Counted from the stretch's first letter, positions 1-10,254 are shown. The stretch is 64,000 nt of DNA from Candidatus Marinacidobacterales bacterium (GCA_965224085.1 CBDCYI010000005.1:768001-832000); one strand, 5' to 3'. The notes: a model not told the origin generated them from the letters alone. Translations and numbers: made by a program.

Positions 1-167
1 GGCGTTCCGATTTGGATTGAAACCACTCGCCGTTGATGTAGGAACCACTATGCATGCGAACCTCCGAAACCGCATAGCGTACTACAGTCTGCTATTCGCT
101 GTTGCTGCGGCGAGCTACGTCTTCCGGCGTGTTGCAACGGCGGCGGTGGCACGCTTATTCTCTGCTC

Positions 168-1565
168 ATGAAGATAGACACCGTCATCAAGGGTGGGACG
201 ATCGTCACCGCCGAGGACACCTATCAGGCCGATATCGGCATCGCCGACGGAAGGATTGCCGCGATCGGGCTCGCGATCGAGGGGGAAGCCGCGATCGATG
301 CCTCGGGAAAGTACATCATGCCCGGCGGGCTCGACGTGCACACGCATCTCGACATGCCGTTCGGAGGGACGACGACGGCGGACGATTGGGAGAGCGGCAC
401 GGTCGCGGCGGCCTGTGGCGGCACGACCACCATCATCGACTTCGCTATCCAGGATTTTGGGGAGACGCTCCACGCGGGCGTCGACGCTTGGCACCAGCGG
501 GCGAACGGCCGCGCGGCGATCGACTACGCGTTTCACACCATCGTGCGCGAGCTCCACGACTCCCATTTGAAAGAAATGGACGAGCTCGTCGGCGAGGGCA
601 TCACGAGCTTCAAGCTCTTCATGGCCTATCCCGGCGTCTTCATGGTCGACGACGCCACAATCTTCAAGGCCATGCTGCGCACGCGCGATAATGGCGGGCT
701 CATCTGCATGCACGCCGAGAACGGCGGTGTCATCGACACGCTCGTGGAGCGCGCGCTCCGCGAAGGGCATACCGAGCCGAAGTGGCACGCGTTGACGCGA
801 CCGATGAGCGCCGAAGCCGAAGCCACGCGTCGCGCCATCGCACTGGCCGAGATGGCCGACGTACCCGTATACATCGTGCACTTGTCCGCGGGTGACGCGA
901 TGGAGGAGGTCCGCCGTGCGCGCGAGCGCGGCCTTCCGGTTTTCGCCGAGACCTGCCCTCAATATTTGTTTTTGTCCTACGAAGACTACGAAAAGCCGGG
1001 CTTCGAAGGCGCGAAATACGTGATGTCCCCTCCCCTTCGTCCGAAGGGGAACGAAGAGCGCCTCTGGAACGGCCTTCAGACCGGCGCGCTCCAAGCGGTC
1101 TCGACCGACCATTGCAGCTTTTGCATGAAAGAGAAGAAGCTCGGCGAAGCCGACTTCAGTAAGATTCCAAACGGTGCTCCCGGGATCGAGAACCGTTTGA
1201 TGCTGCTCTATGACGGCGGCGTCCACGGAGGGCGTATTAGCGCCAATCGTTTCGTCGAGCTCGTCTCCACCCGCCCCGCGAAGATCTTTGGCCTCTACCC
1301 GCGCAAAGGCTCCATCGCCGTGGGCGCGGACGCGGACTTACTGTTGTGGGATCCGAAGCGTAAATGGACGATTAGCGCCGAGACCCATCGCATGAAAGTG
1401 GATTACAGCGCCTACGAAGGCCGCGAAGTCACAGGCATTCCCGACAAAGTGCTTTTGCGCGGCAAAGTGATCGTGGATGACCAGAAACACGTCGGGAGCA
1501 TAAAAGAAGGCGCGTTCGTGAAACGCGAACCAGGCTCAGCGCGTACGCCCGAGGGCACAAGTTGA
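168..1565 (+). CDS. hydA: dihydropyrimidinase / D-hydantoinase
   Basis: Amidohydrolase motifs PGGLDVHTH, SFKLFMAY, HAENG, YIVHLS, STDHC, IPNGAPGIE; start taken at ATG 168 (MKIDTVIKGG). Confidence 0.93.
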   Translation: MKIDTVIKGGTIVTAEDTYQADIGIADGRIAAIGLAIEGEAAIDASGKYIMPGGLDVHTHLDMPFGGTTTADDWESGTVAAACGGTTTIIDFAIQDFGETLHAGVDAWHQRANGRAAIDYAFHTIVRELHDSHLKEMDELVGEGITSFKLFMAYPGVFMVDDATIFKAMLRTRDNGGLICMHAENGGVIDTLVERALREGHTEPKWHALTRPMSAEAEATRRAIALAEMADVPVYIVHLSAGDAMEEVRRARERGLPVFAETCPQYLFLSYEDYEKPGFEGAKYVMSPPLRPKGNEERLWNGLQTGALQAVSTDHCSFCMKEKKLGEADFSKIPNGAPGIENRLMLLYDGGVHGGRISANRFVELVSTRPAKIFGLYPRKGSIAVGADADLLLWDPKRKWTISAETHRMKVDYSAYEGREVTGIPDKVLLRGKVIVDDQKHVGSIKEGAFVKREPGSARTPEGTS

Positions 1566-1657
1566 GTCGACATTAGGCTGACACATTCTATTGGATCCAT
1601 GTGTCGCCTGAAGACACCCTACAACTGTGTCCCCGCCAGTTCTCACTAATCCATCTT

Positions 1658-2611
1658 TCACATCTCGAGTACTTTGCCTACGCCTTTGGCGCTTCCCCTC
1701 TCGTAGACGTGTTTCGCCACGGCTACGTCCTCGATCGCCAGTCCCTGGGACTCGAAGAGAGTCATGTCGTCCGGGCTTCGACGTGCTGTGACGTTGCCTC
1801 CGACGACGTCCGCGATTTCGTGCACCGCTTCCCAGGACAGCTTCCCCGTCTCTACGACCGCCGCCACATCGCCGCATTCGATTTTCGCCTGCTCGATGGA
1901 ATCCGCCGCGATGAAGCTCATACGGGTCACGGCCTCTTCGTCGATCTCGATCCGACGAAGCGCGTTCGATCCGATGGCGTTCACATGCTGCCCCGGCTTC
2001 AACCACGCGCCGCGCAAGACCGGCTCGCGCGCATTCGTCGCTGTCACTACAATATCAGCGTCTCGCGGGACCTCCTCCGGTGTTTCGACCGGACGCACCG
2101 GGATTCCGAGCTCCTCGGTCATCTCGTTGCAGAACTGTTCCCGGCGCGCCGCATCACGCCCGTAGGCGACCATCGACACGATCGGCCTCACTTCAGCGAT
2201 CGCTTGCAGCTGTGAGCGCGCCTGCCACCCCGTACCATAGATACCGACGCGCGTCGCATCTTCACGAGCCATATACTTTGTCGCCACACCGCTCGCCGCG
2301 CCGGTGCGAATCTGACCCAACCGATCCGCTTGCATCATCGCCACGAGCTCACCGCTCCTTGCGTCGAACTGCACGAAATAGAACCGCGCGCCATCCGGGC
2401 CGGTCGTATAAGCCTTGAGCCCGACATAGCCGAGCTCACCGCTCCCCGCGGGCAGCACGTGCATCAGGAGCTTGTCGACGCGGACACGCTGCCGCGGCAA
2501 GTTGACGGCTTTGTCCTCCGCGAGCAAGCGAAGCGCGCGCTCAACACACGCGACAGCGTCGTCCATCGGAAGAAGCTCCCCTACGTCCTTCTCTGTATAA
2601 AAACGGGTCAT
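1658..2611 (-). CDS. ornithine cyclodeaminase / mu-crystallin family protein
   Basis: RTGAASGVA, GTGWQA Rossmann motif, HVNAIGS, FESQGLAIED. Confidence 0.9.
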   Translation of the reverse strand: MTRFYTEKDVGELLPMDDAVACVERALRLLAEDKAVNLPRQRVRVDKLLMHVLPAGSGELGYVGLKAYTTGPDGARFYFVQFDARSGELVAMMQADRLGQIRTGAASGVATKYMAREDATRVGIYGTGWQARSQLQAIAEVRPIVSMVAYGRDAARREQFCNEMTEELGIPVRPVETPEEVPRDADIVVTATNAREPVLRGAWLKPGQHVNAIGSNALRRIEIDEEAVTRMSFIAADSIEQAKIECGDVAAVVETGKLSWEAVHEIADVVGGNVTARRSPDDMTLFESQGLAIEDVAVAKHVYERGSAKGVGKVLEM

Positions 2612-2657
2612 ATCGTTTTGACACCTCCGGGAGCGAATGATAGATCAACGCGGACCG

Positions 2658-3179
2658 ATGAGCTCAACTTTCGATAAAACGCTCGAGTTCCGTTATTGCC
2701 CCAAATGCGGTGCCGAGCTCGTAGTCAAGCGTCTCAAAGACCACGAGCCCGAGCGAATGGTCTGTCAAGCGTGCGATTTCGTCTTCTTTCAGGATCCCAA
2801 GCTCGCGGCCGGGACGGTGTTCGAGAGTGATGGCGGGCTCGTTCTCTTGCGGCGCGCCATCGAGCCGGCCTATGGAAAGTGGGTGTTTCCGGGAGGTTTC
2901 GTGGACCGGGGTGAGCGTGTTCTCGATGCCGCGATACGCGAGACGCGCGAAGAAGCGAATGTCGATGTCGCCATTCGTGAGCTCATCGACGTCTACTCTT
3001 ATGCCGGCTCACCGATCGTTATCATCGTCTATGCTGCCGAGATTTGCGGAGGGGAGCTCCGCGCCGCAGACGAAACGCTCGAAGTGAAGATTTTCGAGCC
3101 GTCCGCCATCCCGTGGGATGAGCTCGCCTTTCCGAGCACGCGTGAGGCTGTCTCTGCCTACATAGAAAGGTTTCTCTAG
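2658..3179 (+). CDS. NUDIX hydrolase with N-terminal zinc ribbon
   Basis: YCPKCG...CQAC ribbon; Nudix box GGFVDRGERVLDAAIRETREEAN. Confidence 0.9.
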   Translation: MSSTFDKTLEFRYCPKCGAELVVKRLKDHEPERMVCQACDFVFFQDPKLAAGTVFESDGGLVLLRRAIEPAYGKWVFPGGFVDRGERVLDAAIRETREEANVDVAIRELIDVYSYAGSPIVIIVYAAEICGGELRAADETLEVKIFEPSAIPWDELAFPSTREAVSAYIERFL

Positions 3180-3182
3180 AAC

Positions 3183-3959
3183 ATGCATCGATTTGCCGAT
3201 AAAGTCGTTCTTGTCACCGGAGCGAGCCGCGGGATCGGCCGCGCGACCGCCGAGGCTTATCTCGAAGAAGGCGCCAAAGTCGCTCTTTTGGCCCGCACAC
3301 TGCCCGAACTCGAATCTCTCGCCGACGCGTGGAATCAAAGTCGACGGCGCGCCCTCGCACTCGAGTGTGACGTCACATCGCGGGAGTCGGTCGAGCGCGC
3401 GCTGCACGAGCTCGAGACGAGTTGGGGTACGCTCGACATCGTCGTCAATAACGCGGGCATCTCCGGAAGAACCCCCATCGACGAAGACGCCTACGAGCTC
3501 TGGCAGAAGATCCTGGACGTGAACCTTACCGGGAGCTACTTCGTGAGCCGCGCTGCCCTCGCGCTCATGACCTCCGGGGGCGGCCGTATCATCAACATGT
3601 CTTCCGTGCTGGGACGTTTCGGCGTTGCCGGATACGCCGCATATTGCACATCCAAGCATGGCATCTTGGGCTTCACGCGTGCCCTTGCGCTCGAGCTCGC
3701 GCCGCGTGGCATCACGGTGAACGCGATCTGCCCGGGATGGGTCGAGACCGACATGGCGGACAAGGGGATTCGCGAGACGGCGGAGGCGCTCGGCATCACT
3801 CCCGATGAGTTTCGCGATCAGGCGATCGCCGGGGTCCCGTTGAAGCGCTTTCTCGATCCCAAAGAAATCGCCACGCTGACCCTTTACTTGAGCTCGGATG
3901 AAGCGTCCGCCATCACCGGGCAGACCTACAATATGTGCGGCGGACAAATCATGAACTGA
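3183..3959 (+). CDS. SDR family NAD(P)-dependent oxidoreductase
   Basis: TGASRGIG, NNAG, YCTSK catalytic motif, VNAICPGWVET. Confidence 0.93.
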   Translation: MHRFADKVVLVTGASRGIGRATAEAYLEEGAKVALLARTLPELESLADAWNQSRRRALALECDVTSRESVERALHELETSWGTLDIVVNNAGISGRTPIDEDAYELWQKILDVNLTGSYFVSRAALALMTSGGGRIINMSSVLGRFGVAGYAAYCTSKHGILGFTRALALELAPRGITVNAICPGWVETDMADKGIRETAEALGITPDEFRDQAIAGVPLKRFLDPKEIATLTLYLSSDEASAITGQTYNMCGGQIMN

Positions 3960-3961
3960 TC

Positions 3962-4390
3962 ATGGCCGAGCGACGCGTTTCAGTTTTCTTCTACGGCTCC
4001 TTCATCAATCTCGACGTGCTGAAGCAAGCCGATCTCGAGCCCGAAGGGTTTCGCGTGGCTCGGCTTCACGCTTGGGACATCCATATCGGGCCGCTCGCAA
4101 CGCTCATGCCCAAGGATAATGGCGTCGTCTTCGGTATTGTCGTCGAGTGCACCCACGCTGAGCTCGACCGGCTCGACGCCCAGGACTGGGTCGGCGCCTA
4201 TTTGCCCGAAGCAGTGCTCGTAGAAGTCGACGGTACGTTCCTTCCCGCCCTCACCTACGTGAAGTGGGACTTCGGTGAGGGCGGGGAGACCGCCCCGCCG
4301 ACGCAGGAATACGTCGAGCGGATCGCCGGCCCCGGAGAAACGATCGGCTTTCCAGAGTGGTACATCGAGCACATCCGGAGCTTCATCTGA
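3962..4390 (+). CDS. gamma-glutamylcyclotransferase family protein
   Basis: N-terminal FFYGS motif, ELDRLD, C-terminal P..EY; start ATG 3962 just after the SDR stop. Confidence 0.75.
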   Translation: MAERRVSVFFYGSFINLDVLKQADLEPEGFRVARLHAWDIHIGPLATLMPKDNGVVFGIVVECTHAELDRLDAQDWVGAYLPEAVLVEVDGTFLPALTYVKWDFGEGGETAPPTQEYVERIAGPGETIGFPEWYIEHIRSFI

Positions 4391-4404
4391 TACGATCGGT
4401 AGTT

Positions 4405-4623
4405 ATGGCAGACCCGATCAAGATCTACGGCAAAGCTGGATGACCCTACACCGCCGCGGCCCGTGAGGCCTACGCGACCCGGGACATCGAATATTTCGAC
4501 GTCAAGGCAAACCCCGCACACATGGAAGAGATGCTCTCCGTCAGCGGCGGCGAGCGCGCTGTTCCCATCATCGTGGACGGCGACAACGTGACCGTCGGAT
4601 ATGGCGGCACGTGAGCGGTTTGA
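4405..4623 (+). CDS. glutaredoxin-like selenoprotein, UXX-star type (two in-frame UGA)
   Basis: Manual translation MADPIKIYGKAG-U-PYTAAAREAYATRDIEYFDVKANPAHMEEMLSVSGGERAVPIIVDGDNVTVGYGGT-U-AV*; UGA at 4441 and 4612; Grx-like UPYT and cis-Pro VP motif; fills the gap between two operon genes. Confidence 0.85.
4455..4476 (+). promoter_or_regulatory. putative SECIS hairpin for UGA 4441
   Basis: GGCC-CGTGA-GGCC stem-loop, extendable by CGC/GCG; loop starts ~19 nt after the UGA. Confidence 0.55.
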
Positions 4624-5447
4624 CGCCCGGCAGTCCGCCGAGCCCGAGCCAAGAGCGAGAGACGCCGCATCCCGAGTGGAAGCACACTATCGGCATCATC
4701 GGAGGCCTCGGTCCCCACGCGCATATCGAGTTCGAGACATTGCTCTTGAGCTCTACCGAAAAAGCGCTCGGGGGTGCGGCGCTCGATCAAGACTACCCGT
4801 CGTGGGTGCTGTCTTCGATGCCCACTACGCCGGACCGCACAGCTGCACTTTTGAAAGGCAAGGCGTCGCCCGTCGACGCGCTCGTCCGAAGCGCAGAGCG
4901 CCTCACCGACGCCGACTTTGCCGTCATCCCGTGCAACACCGCCCATGCCTTTCTCAGCGGTATCCGCGCGCGGGTCGCCATCCCCATCCTGGACATGATC
5001 CAAGCAACTGCGGAGCGGGCACTCTCGCATGTCGGCAAGACGGGCTCGATTGGCGTTCTCGCCGCGTCGGGGACGCTTCAGTCGGGGCTCTATACGAGCT
5101 GGATCCGAAGGCTCGCGCCTGACGCGAACGTAATCACGCCGCTCGAGATCATGGGCGGCGAGAAGCTACAAGAAGAGCTCGTGATGGAGCCTATCTTCGG
5201 CGAGCGCGGGATCAAGTCGGGTGCGTTTCGTGACCCCGATCGTAAAGAAGAGCTCGCCGAGCCGCTTCGCGAAGCGGCGCGCACGCTCGCACGCGCGGGC
5301 GCCGAAATTGTCCTCACGGCCTGCACCGAGATACCGCTCGCGCTCGGCCGCGACCGCGTCGACGCGATCCCGCTCCTCGATCCAATGGCGGTGGCCGCCG
5401 AGGAGTCCGTCGCGGTAGCACTCGGCCGCCGTCCCTTACCTTCGTAA
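4611..5447 (+). CDS. aspartate/glutamate racemase family protein
   Basis: IGIIGGLGP, PDRTA, IPCNTAH, LTACTEIP (two catalytic Cys); start uncertain, overlaps the end of the selenoprotein. Confidence 0.88.
   Translation: MSGLTPGSPPSPSQERETPHPEWKHTIGIIGGLGPHAHIEFETLLLSSTEKALGGAALDQDYPSWVLSSMPTTPDRTAALLKGKASPVDALVRSAERLTDADFAVIPCNTAHAFLSGIRARVAIPILDMIQATAERALSHVGKTGSIGVLAASGTLQSGLYTSWIRRLAPDANVITPLEIMGGEKLQEELVMEPIFGERGIKSGAFRDPDRKEELAEPLREAARTLARAGAEIVLTACTEIPLALGRDRVDAIPLLDPMAVAAEESVAVALGRRPLPS
4628..4640 (+). promoter_or_regulatory. putative SECIS hairpin for UGA 4612
   Basis: CGGC-AGTCC-GCCG stem-loop; loop starts ~18 nt after the UGA. Confidence 0.5.
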
Positions 5448-5476
5448 GCTCGCGCCGCACCCGTTATACTTTTTCG

Positions 5477-7036
5477 ATGAGAATATTGACAGCTGCCGAA
5501 ATGCGCAGGGCGGATCGCCGAACGATCCAGGACATCGGCGTCCCGGGCCGCGTGCTCATGGAGAACGCGGGGCGCAGCGTCGCGGGTGCTTTGGAAGATC
5601 ACCTCCCCGAGCTCGCCGACCAACGGATATTCATTGTCTGCGGCAAGGGCAACAATGGCGGTGACGGGCTCGTGCTGCTACGGACTTTGTTCGGGCTAGG
5701 TTACGACGCGCGTGCGGTCGTGTTGTCGCCTTTCGAAGATCTCAGCACCGATGCGCTCGACAACTTGCAATCCGCGGTCAAGCTCAACCTTCCCGTCAAT
5801 GCCGCGAGCGACGAAGCCGCATGGCAGACCGCATTCCTCGAGATGTCGGATGCTGATGTCATCGTGGACGCTATCCTCGGGACCGGGCTTGCAAAAGGCG
5901 CGCACGGACTGCCCCTTCGCGCGATCGAAGATCTCTCCGGGCTCGACGCGTTCAAAGTCGCGGTGGACATCCCGTCGGGGCTATCGTCGGATTCTGGGAG
6001 TCTCCCCGGCGCGGTGCTCGAGGCGGATCTCACCATAGCACTCGCAGCCCCCAAGGTGTGTCATTTCGTTTCGCCAGCGTGCGAGCGTTGCGGCACGATC
6101 GAAGTCGTCGAGATCGGCATCCCGCCCGTCTTCCTGGAAAGGAGCGCACCGCGCCTCGAGACCATCGAGACTATCGAATCAGGGGACGTCGAGCCTTTGT
6201 GGCCCGCACGGCATGCTTCAGCGCATAAAGGAAGCTTCGGCCATCTGTTGATCATCGCCGGCTCATTCGGGAAGACCGGTGCCGCGGTCATGGCGGCTGA
6301 AGCCGCGCTCCGTGCGGGCGCCGGGCTAGTCACTGTAGCCTCCGCAAAGAGCGCTGTCCCTATGATGGCGTCCCAACTGCCCGAAGCAATGTGGGAGCCT
6401 CTCGAGGAGACCGCGACGGGAGCGATCGCCTTCGGCGCGCTCGAGCGACTAGTGGAGCTCGGGGGCGGGCGTTCTGCCATCGCGATAGGTCCCGGGCTCG
6501 GCCTTCAAGACGATACCGTCCGCGTCGTGCAAGAGCTGCTGCAAAAGCTCGCGTCGCCGCTCGTGGTCGACGCCGACGGGCTCAACGCGCTGAGAGGCGC
6601 CGTCGACGAGCTGTCTCCGCGTGCCGATCTCGCCTTGACACCGCATCCCGGCGAGGCGTCCCGGCTGCTCGGTGTGGAAACGGCGGACATCCAGCAGGAT
6701 CGCCTCCGCTACGTGCGCGAGCTCGCCGCCCGCACCCAATCGGCCGTTCTGCTCAAAGGTTTTCGGACGCTCGTGTCGAACGCTGACGGCCATGTGAAGG
6801 TGAACTTGACCGGCAACCCTGGACTCGCATCCGCAGGCTCTGGCGATGTGCTAACAGGTATCGTCGGTGGGCTCCTCGGGCAAGGCGTTCCCGCCTTCGA
6901 GGCGCTCACGCTAGCCGCGCACGTGCACGGGCTCGCGGGCGACCTTGCGAAAAAAGACGTCGGCGAGACCGCCCTCGTCGCTAGGGACGTGCTGCGGATG
7001 CTCCCCGCCGCCATGCGAAAGCTGGGGGCGGATTGA
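5477..7036 (+). CDS. nnr: bifunctional NAD(P)H-hydrate epimerase/dehydratase
   Basis: LMENAG, CGKGNNGGDG, VDIPSG, HKGSFG, TPHPGE, AGSGDVL. Confidence 0.95.
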   Translation: MRILTAAEMRRADRRTIQDIGVPGRVLMENAGRSVAGALEDHLPELADQRIFIVCGKGNNGGDGLVLLRTLFGLGYDARAVVLSPFEDLSTDALDNLQSAVKLNLPVNAASDEAAWQTAFLEMSDADVIVDAILGTGLAKGAHGLPLRAIEDLSGLDAFKVAVDIPSGLSSDSGSLPGAVLEADLTIALAAPKVCHFVSPACERCGTIEVVEIGIPPVFLERSAPRLETIETIESGDVEPLWPARHASAHKGSFGHLLIIAGSFGKTGAAVMAAEAALRAGAGLVTVASAKSAVPMMASQLPEAMWEPLEETATGAIAFGALERLVELGGGRSAIAIGPGLGLQDDTVRVVQELLQKLASPLVVDADGLNALRGAVDELSPRADLALTPHPGEASRLLGVETADIQQDRLRYVRELAARTQSAVLLKGFRTLVSNADGHVKVNLTGNPGLASAGSGDVLTGIVGGLLGQGVPAFEALTLAAHVHGLAGDLAKKDVGETALVARDVLRMLPAAMRKLGAD

Positions 7037-7473
7037 CGAGAGAAACCGTCCACAACACGAAGACCCCCGACGAAACCCTAGGCGTTGCACAGGCCCTCGC
7101 CAAGCAGCAACCCGATTGTCCGGCTTACTACCTCGAAGGCGAGCTCGGCGCGGGCAAGACCCTCTTTACCAAAGGTCTCGCAGCCGCCTACGGCATCGAC
7201 GCCGCGCTCGTCGTGAGCCCGACCTTCGCCCTCGTCAACCGATACAGTGGCAGCTCGCGCGATCTCTACCACCTCGATCTCTATCGCATCGAAAAGGAGC
7301 GCGAGCTCGACGAGCTCGGGATCGAGGAAATGGAGGAAGAGGGCGCCTTGGTAGTGGTAGAGTGGGCAGAAAAGCTGGGACGCTGGCGACGAGAAGACGC
7401 GACCATCGTGCACTTCAACGTCCTGAGCGAGACCGAAAGACGACTCCGTATCGAGGCTCGGCCGCAGGCCTGA
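7033..7473 (+). CDS. tsaE: tRNA threonylcarbamoyladenosine biosynthesis ATPase
   Basis: GELGAGKT Walker A, SPTF, HLDLYR, VEW; follows nnr as usual. Confidence 0.93.
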   Translation: MTRETVHNTKTPDETLGVAQALAKQQPDCPAYYLEGELGAGKTLFTKGLAAAYGIDAALVVSPTFALVNRYSGSSRDLYHLDLYRIEKERELDELGIEEMEEEGALVVVEWAEKLGRWRREDATIVHFNVLSETERRLRIEARPQA

Positions 7474-7480
7474 ATCAGAG

Positions 7481-8169
7481 ATGACGAAGGCGCTCAAAGG
7501 CATCATCGCCGCCATTCCTACGCTGTTCGACGCGTCGGAAGAGCTCGCGCTTGACGCCCTCGTCCCCGACATCGAGAAGTGGAACGAGACTCGTTTAGCT
7601 GGCTACACGGTGCTCGGAACGACCGGCGAGTTCGTTGCCCTCGACACGGATGAAAAAAAACGCCTCTTGGAGCGTGCGCGTGACGTCATCCCCGCGCACA
7701 GAGTGATGCTCGCGGGGACGGGCGAAGAGTCGACCCGAGCAACAGCAAGTCTTTCCCGCTGGGCCGGCGAGATCGGCTGCGACTACGCGATCGTGGTGAC
7801 ACCTCACTATCATCGCGGGGCATTCTCGTCCTCACCGGAGCGGCCCACGTGCTCTACGCGGCTTTCACTGTTGGTGCGGAGGGCGCTATCCTGGCGGATG
7901 CATGCTCGGCCTATGATGTTTGCGTGGATATCGAAGAAGCTTTCCAAGCGGGGAAGCTCGAACGGGCTCGAGAGCTCCAGGGGCGCCTCGCAATCTTCTC
8001 TCGGGTTTTGATTGGAAAGTATGGGATCCCGGGCGTGAAGGCGCTTCTCGAAAAACAGGGATTTTACGGAGGCCCGTGTCGGATGCCTTTGACGGCGCTC
8101 CCGAGCGAAGCGGCGGAGGAGCTCGTCGTCGCTTTTGCCAACGTTTCCGGTGAAAAGACTGTCTCATGA
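7481..8169 (+). pseudogene. dihydrodipicolinate synthase (DapA/HOGA) family, internal deletion with frameshift at ~7822
   Basis: N-half (GTTGE, TPHY) and C-half (GAEGAI, GIPGVKALL, CRMPL) are in different frames; the central segment with the catalytic Tyr and Schiff-base Lys is missing. Confidence 0.8.
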
Positions 8170-9575
8170 AGAGAAGCATCGTCGTTTTGTGCCTTCTCGT
8201 GTTTGCTACCTGCGGCGATTCCGGCAAGTCCGGACTCGAGCCCGTCCATCGCAATGCCGGCATCAACGTTGTCTTGATCACGGTGGATACACTCCGCGCC
8301 GATCATTTGAGCGCCTACGGCTATCCAAGGAACACGAGCCCCAGAATCGACGAGCTCGCTTCGAAAGGCGTTCTCTTCGAAACGGCCTTCACCTATTGGC
8401 CGAAAACGCGCGGGAGCTTTGCTGCGCTCTTCACCGGCCTCTACGCGTCCCAGCACGGGCTCACGGTCAGAAACCGCGACCTGCCCGATTTCAATAAAAC
8501 CCTCGCCGAGACGTTCCGAGAAGCGGGCTACCGCACCGGCGCGGCCCTTGACAACGGTAACCTGGACCAGGCTCTCGGCTTTGCTCAAGGCTTCGACACC
8601 TACGAGCAGACGTGGCTCACCAGCGAAACGGAGCTCGAGCGGACCGAAGCCATTACCGAGTTCGGGCTCGACTACCTATCCGCGACCGGCGACGAGCGCC
8701 CGTTCTTCATGTGGCTCCACTATGTCAACCCGCATACACCTTACGACCCTCCTCAGGAGCTTCTTTCGCAATTTCGCGGGGACGGCGTTATCCCCCGTGG
8801 ACCTGAGCTCGAGAAAGTCACCGGCTATCACGGCGGGGTCAACCGGCACCTGGCCGTCGAGGGTGAGACCCATTGGGGTGACTACGTGGATCGTTATGAC
8901 GCGGAGATTCTCGCCGTCGACGCACATATCGGTCGCGTGCTCGACGGGCTCGCCGCGAGCCAGCATGCGGGAGAGACGCTCGTCCTCTTCACCTCCGATC
9001 ACGGAGAGAGCCTCGGCGAGCACGACTACTTTTTCGACCACGGTTTCAATCTCTTCAACCCGTCGCTCCGGATCCCGCTCATCGCATCGTTTCCCGGATT
9101 TCTTCCCGCGGGCGAGCGCATTCATGGGACGGTCTCGACCCTCGATGTCTATCCAACGATTCTGGATCTAGCGCAAGTATCGTTCCCCGCAGGACTCCGG
9201 GGAAAATCCGTTTTGCCGCTCGTACGCGGTACGAGAAACCGGCTCCACCCTCAGATATTTTTCCAGAACGACCAACATCTCATGGCGATCACGAACGGTC
9301 GGTTGAAGCTCGTCCGATATCCCGAGACGGAAGGTAGGGGCGCACGATTCCGGCTCCTCGACATGTATCGCGATCCCGCCGAGGTCGAAAATCGCTATGA
9401 GGGATCGGCGGCCCGCATCGCTCCTTTCGAGGCACAGCTCTCGAGCTTCCGGACGCAAACCGTCGCCTGGCAGCAAGCCACCGAGACGAAGCGCACCGGC
9501 CCTTCGACCGGAGACGAGGAGCTTTCCGAACAAACGCGCCGAAGCCTCGAATCCCTCGGCTATATCGAAAAGTAG
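8166..9575 (+). CDS. sulfatase-like hydrolase (lipoprotein)
   Basis: Lipobox FATC; DTLRADH, KTRGSFAALFTG, HYVNPHTPY, TSDHGE, LESLGYI C-terminus. Confidence 0.88.
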   Translation: MKRSIVVLCLLVFATCGDSGKSGLEPVHRNAGINVVLITVDTLRADHLSAYGYPRNTSPRIDELASKGVLFETAFTYWPKTRGSFAALFTGLYASQHGLTVRNRDLPDFNKTLAETFREAGYRTGAALDNGNLDQALGFAQGFDTYEQTWLTSETELERTEAITEFGLDYLSATGDERPFFMWLHYVNPHTPYDPPQELLSQFRGDGVIPRGPELEKVTGYHGGVNRHLAVEGETHWGDYVDRYDAEILAVDAHIGRVLDGLAASQHAGETLVLFTSDHGESLGEHDYFFDHGFNLFNPSLRIPLIASFPGFLPAGERIHGTVSTLDVYPTILDLAQVSFPAGLRGKSVLPLVRGTRNRLHPQIFFQNDQHLMAITNGRLKLVRYPETEGRGARFRLLDMYRDPAEVENRYEGSAARIAPFEAQLSSFRTQTVAWQQATETKRTGPSTGDEELSEQTRRSLESLGYIEK

Positions 9576-9582
9576 CTTCCGG

Positions 9583-10254
9583 CTACGCCTGCTCTTTGAT
9601 CTCCGTGATGATCCACCGAGATATCGGCGTAATGTTGCGCTCCTTGTCCGCGAGCTCGTAACGTTTCAGCATGAACACGTAGCCCTTCTCCGCCGAGCCG
9701 TCATTCACTTTGAGATGGAGCTCTTTGCCTTTCACGTTCCCATCGAATTTCTCGCTGACGGAAGTGTTCAAGGAAAGCCCCGCCGCGGATTTCAGGTCGT
9801 CCATAATCGCAGTTATCTCTTTCTCTTCTTCCTCGAGCTTCGACTGCGCTTCCATGCGCTTTTCCCACTCTGTCTGAAACTCCCCGAGCTCGCCCTCGAA
9901 CATGGAGTCGGTATCCTCGGCTTTTTTCTTCTTGTACTCATCGAACAACTCGCGATGGTCGCCGGCATAGTTCGCATTGGTGCCATTCTCAATTTTGATC
10001 TCGCTGCGTTTTTTCATCAACTGCTCATGGAGCCCGGGAAGCTCGAACGGCGCGACCGATTCCGGCCCCATCTCGACGAGCTCCCAAGTCTCAACCCCTC
10101 CTTCGAACGCCGCCAGCGAGACGCTCGCCAAAACGGCCGCGTCGCCTCCTTTTACCGCCTCGAAGAAGTTGCTCAAGACCTGTTGCTCCTGGCCAGAGCA
10201 GGACACAACAACGACAATGGCAACCGCGACCGACATCTTTCTCAAGCTTCGCAC
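9583..10254 (-). CDS. hypothetical lipoprotein with coiled coil
   Basis: Signal peptide ending VVVSC; charged helical middle region. Confidence 0.7.
   Translation of the reverse strand: MRSLRKMSVAVAIVVVVSCSGQEQQVLSNFFEAVKGGDAAVLASVSLAAFEGGVETWELVEMGPESVAPFELPGLHEQLMKKRSEIKIENGTNANYAGDHRELFDEYKKKKAEDTDSMFEGELGEFQTEWEKRMEAQSKLEEEEKEITAIMDDLKSAAGLSLNTSVSEKFDGNVKGKELHLKVNDGSAEKGYVFMLKRYELADKERNITPISRWIITEIKEQA

Noticed and set aside
1574-1612. Hairpin AGGCTGACACAT...ATGTGTCGCCT between convergent genes
   Set aside because: Could be a terminator or REP-like repeat, but it is a single copy with a long loop and no U-tract
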